Shown here: positions 63,560 through 64,000 of the stretch, one piece after another
How the letters are laid out: every line of letters starts with the position of its first letter
Numbering within the stretch: the first letter of the stretch is position 1
Origin: Promethearchaeota archaeon
Lineage (GTDB): Archaea; Asgardarchaeota; Lokiarchaeia; Sigyniarchaeales; SOKP01
Assembly (NCBI GenBank): GCA_019058445.1
Contig: JAHPZA010000010.1
Span: 608,001 to 672,000, forward strand
Length of the DNA stretch: 64,000 nt
Reading direction: 5' to 3'
Made by a program: the position numbers and the translations under genes
The notes under the pieces: generated by a model
What the model was told of the DNA's origin: nothing
Database searches by the model: none
What the model saw: only the letters and a program-made list of their open reading frames with translations

Positions 63560-63945
63560 AATCGATTTTGAAAAGGAAATACTATTATTTTACATTGGTT
63601 CATCCTAAGATCCTTTTGAAGAATGAATACTTTTATAAAATATTTATAAATGTACTCTAACGAATTCCTAACATCAAATATGCAAATTGCTATGGAAATA
63701 TTGTTAAATAATTTTATTTCTGAAGAAAACCATATATCGTTTTCTTCCCCGACTAAACAAAATATCTCAAAATGATTATTGCAATATAAATATAAATTCG
63801 AATTTTTCTCTTTTGTAGGCTCATGTGAAGAATTTATTAATTTGAGAGGATTTGCTATCTCAAAAATTACCTTCTTGATTGTTGTCTTTCCTGCTAAAGG
63901 TGGTTTTGTTAATACAATTTTAACACTTTTTCTTTTATTAAGGTT
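63560..63945 (-). pseudogene. Decayed Rag-like small GTPase (not in the ORF track)
   Basis: Minus strand reads KIVLTKPPLAGKTTIKKVIFEIANPLKL...EPTK...IFCLVGEENDIWF...ICIFDV, then shifts frame and stops. Confidence 0.65.
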
Positions 63946-64000
63946 TAAGAGACTAATCTTTTTGTTTATTTTTCTATTAATTATTTATTTTTAAAATTAT

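Noticed and set aside
1102-63994. Short ORFs antisense to or overlapping long genes (e.g. 1723, 1966, 2689, 10217, 19629, 21107, 31131, 41398, 43136, 44555, 55032, 60600, 63779)
   Set aside because: They are shadow frames of well-supported genes or pseudogenes, with no recognisable motifs.
1-64000. tRNA, rRNA, CRISPR array, transposase or integrase
   Set aside because: No GC-rich structured RNA gene, regularly spaced repeat-spacer array or recombinase motif was seen by eye. The Gly-codon and LRR periodicities are coding repeats.

Overview
AT-rich archaeal DNA that is almost certainly from an Asgard archaeon (Lokiarchaeia-like). Evidence: many Rab/Arf/Rag-like small GTPases, an actin homolog, an ESCRT-II (EAP30)-like domain, longin/roadblock-like domains, an IPGY-type C-terminal sorting signal, TFB and Taw1. 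The main discovery is the acetyl-CoA synthetase gene (acs, 15185..13051, minus strand). The ORF track shows it as three fragments, but it is interrupted by four tiny inserts (32, 60, 30 and 30 nt). Each insert folds with its flanks into a bulge-helix-bulge (BHB)-like structure and ends in AA. Removing them at the BHB-predicted positions restores a 660-aa ACS with all conserved motifs. This suggests a multi-intron mRNA spliced by the tRNA-splicing endonuclease. Other points: (1) an orphan copy of the acs 3' end 7.6 kb away; (2) a YqhH/YqhG-like SNF2 operon ending in a TPR-EAP30 fusion; (3) three tandem Arf-like GTPases; (4) a back-to-back junction of a 5'-truncated EF-2 and a 5'-truncated membrane-protein gene; (5) a 47-64 kb cluster mixing Rag-like GTPases, several of them decayed, with PAS histidine kinases. 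I saw no rRNA, tRNA, CRISPR array, transposase or integrase. All family assignments are by motif recognition, not database search.
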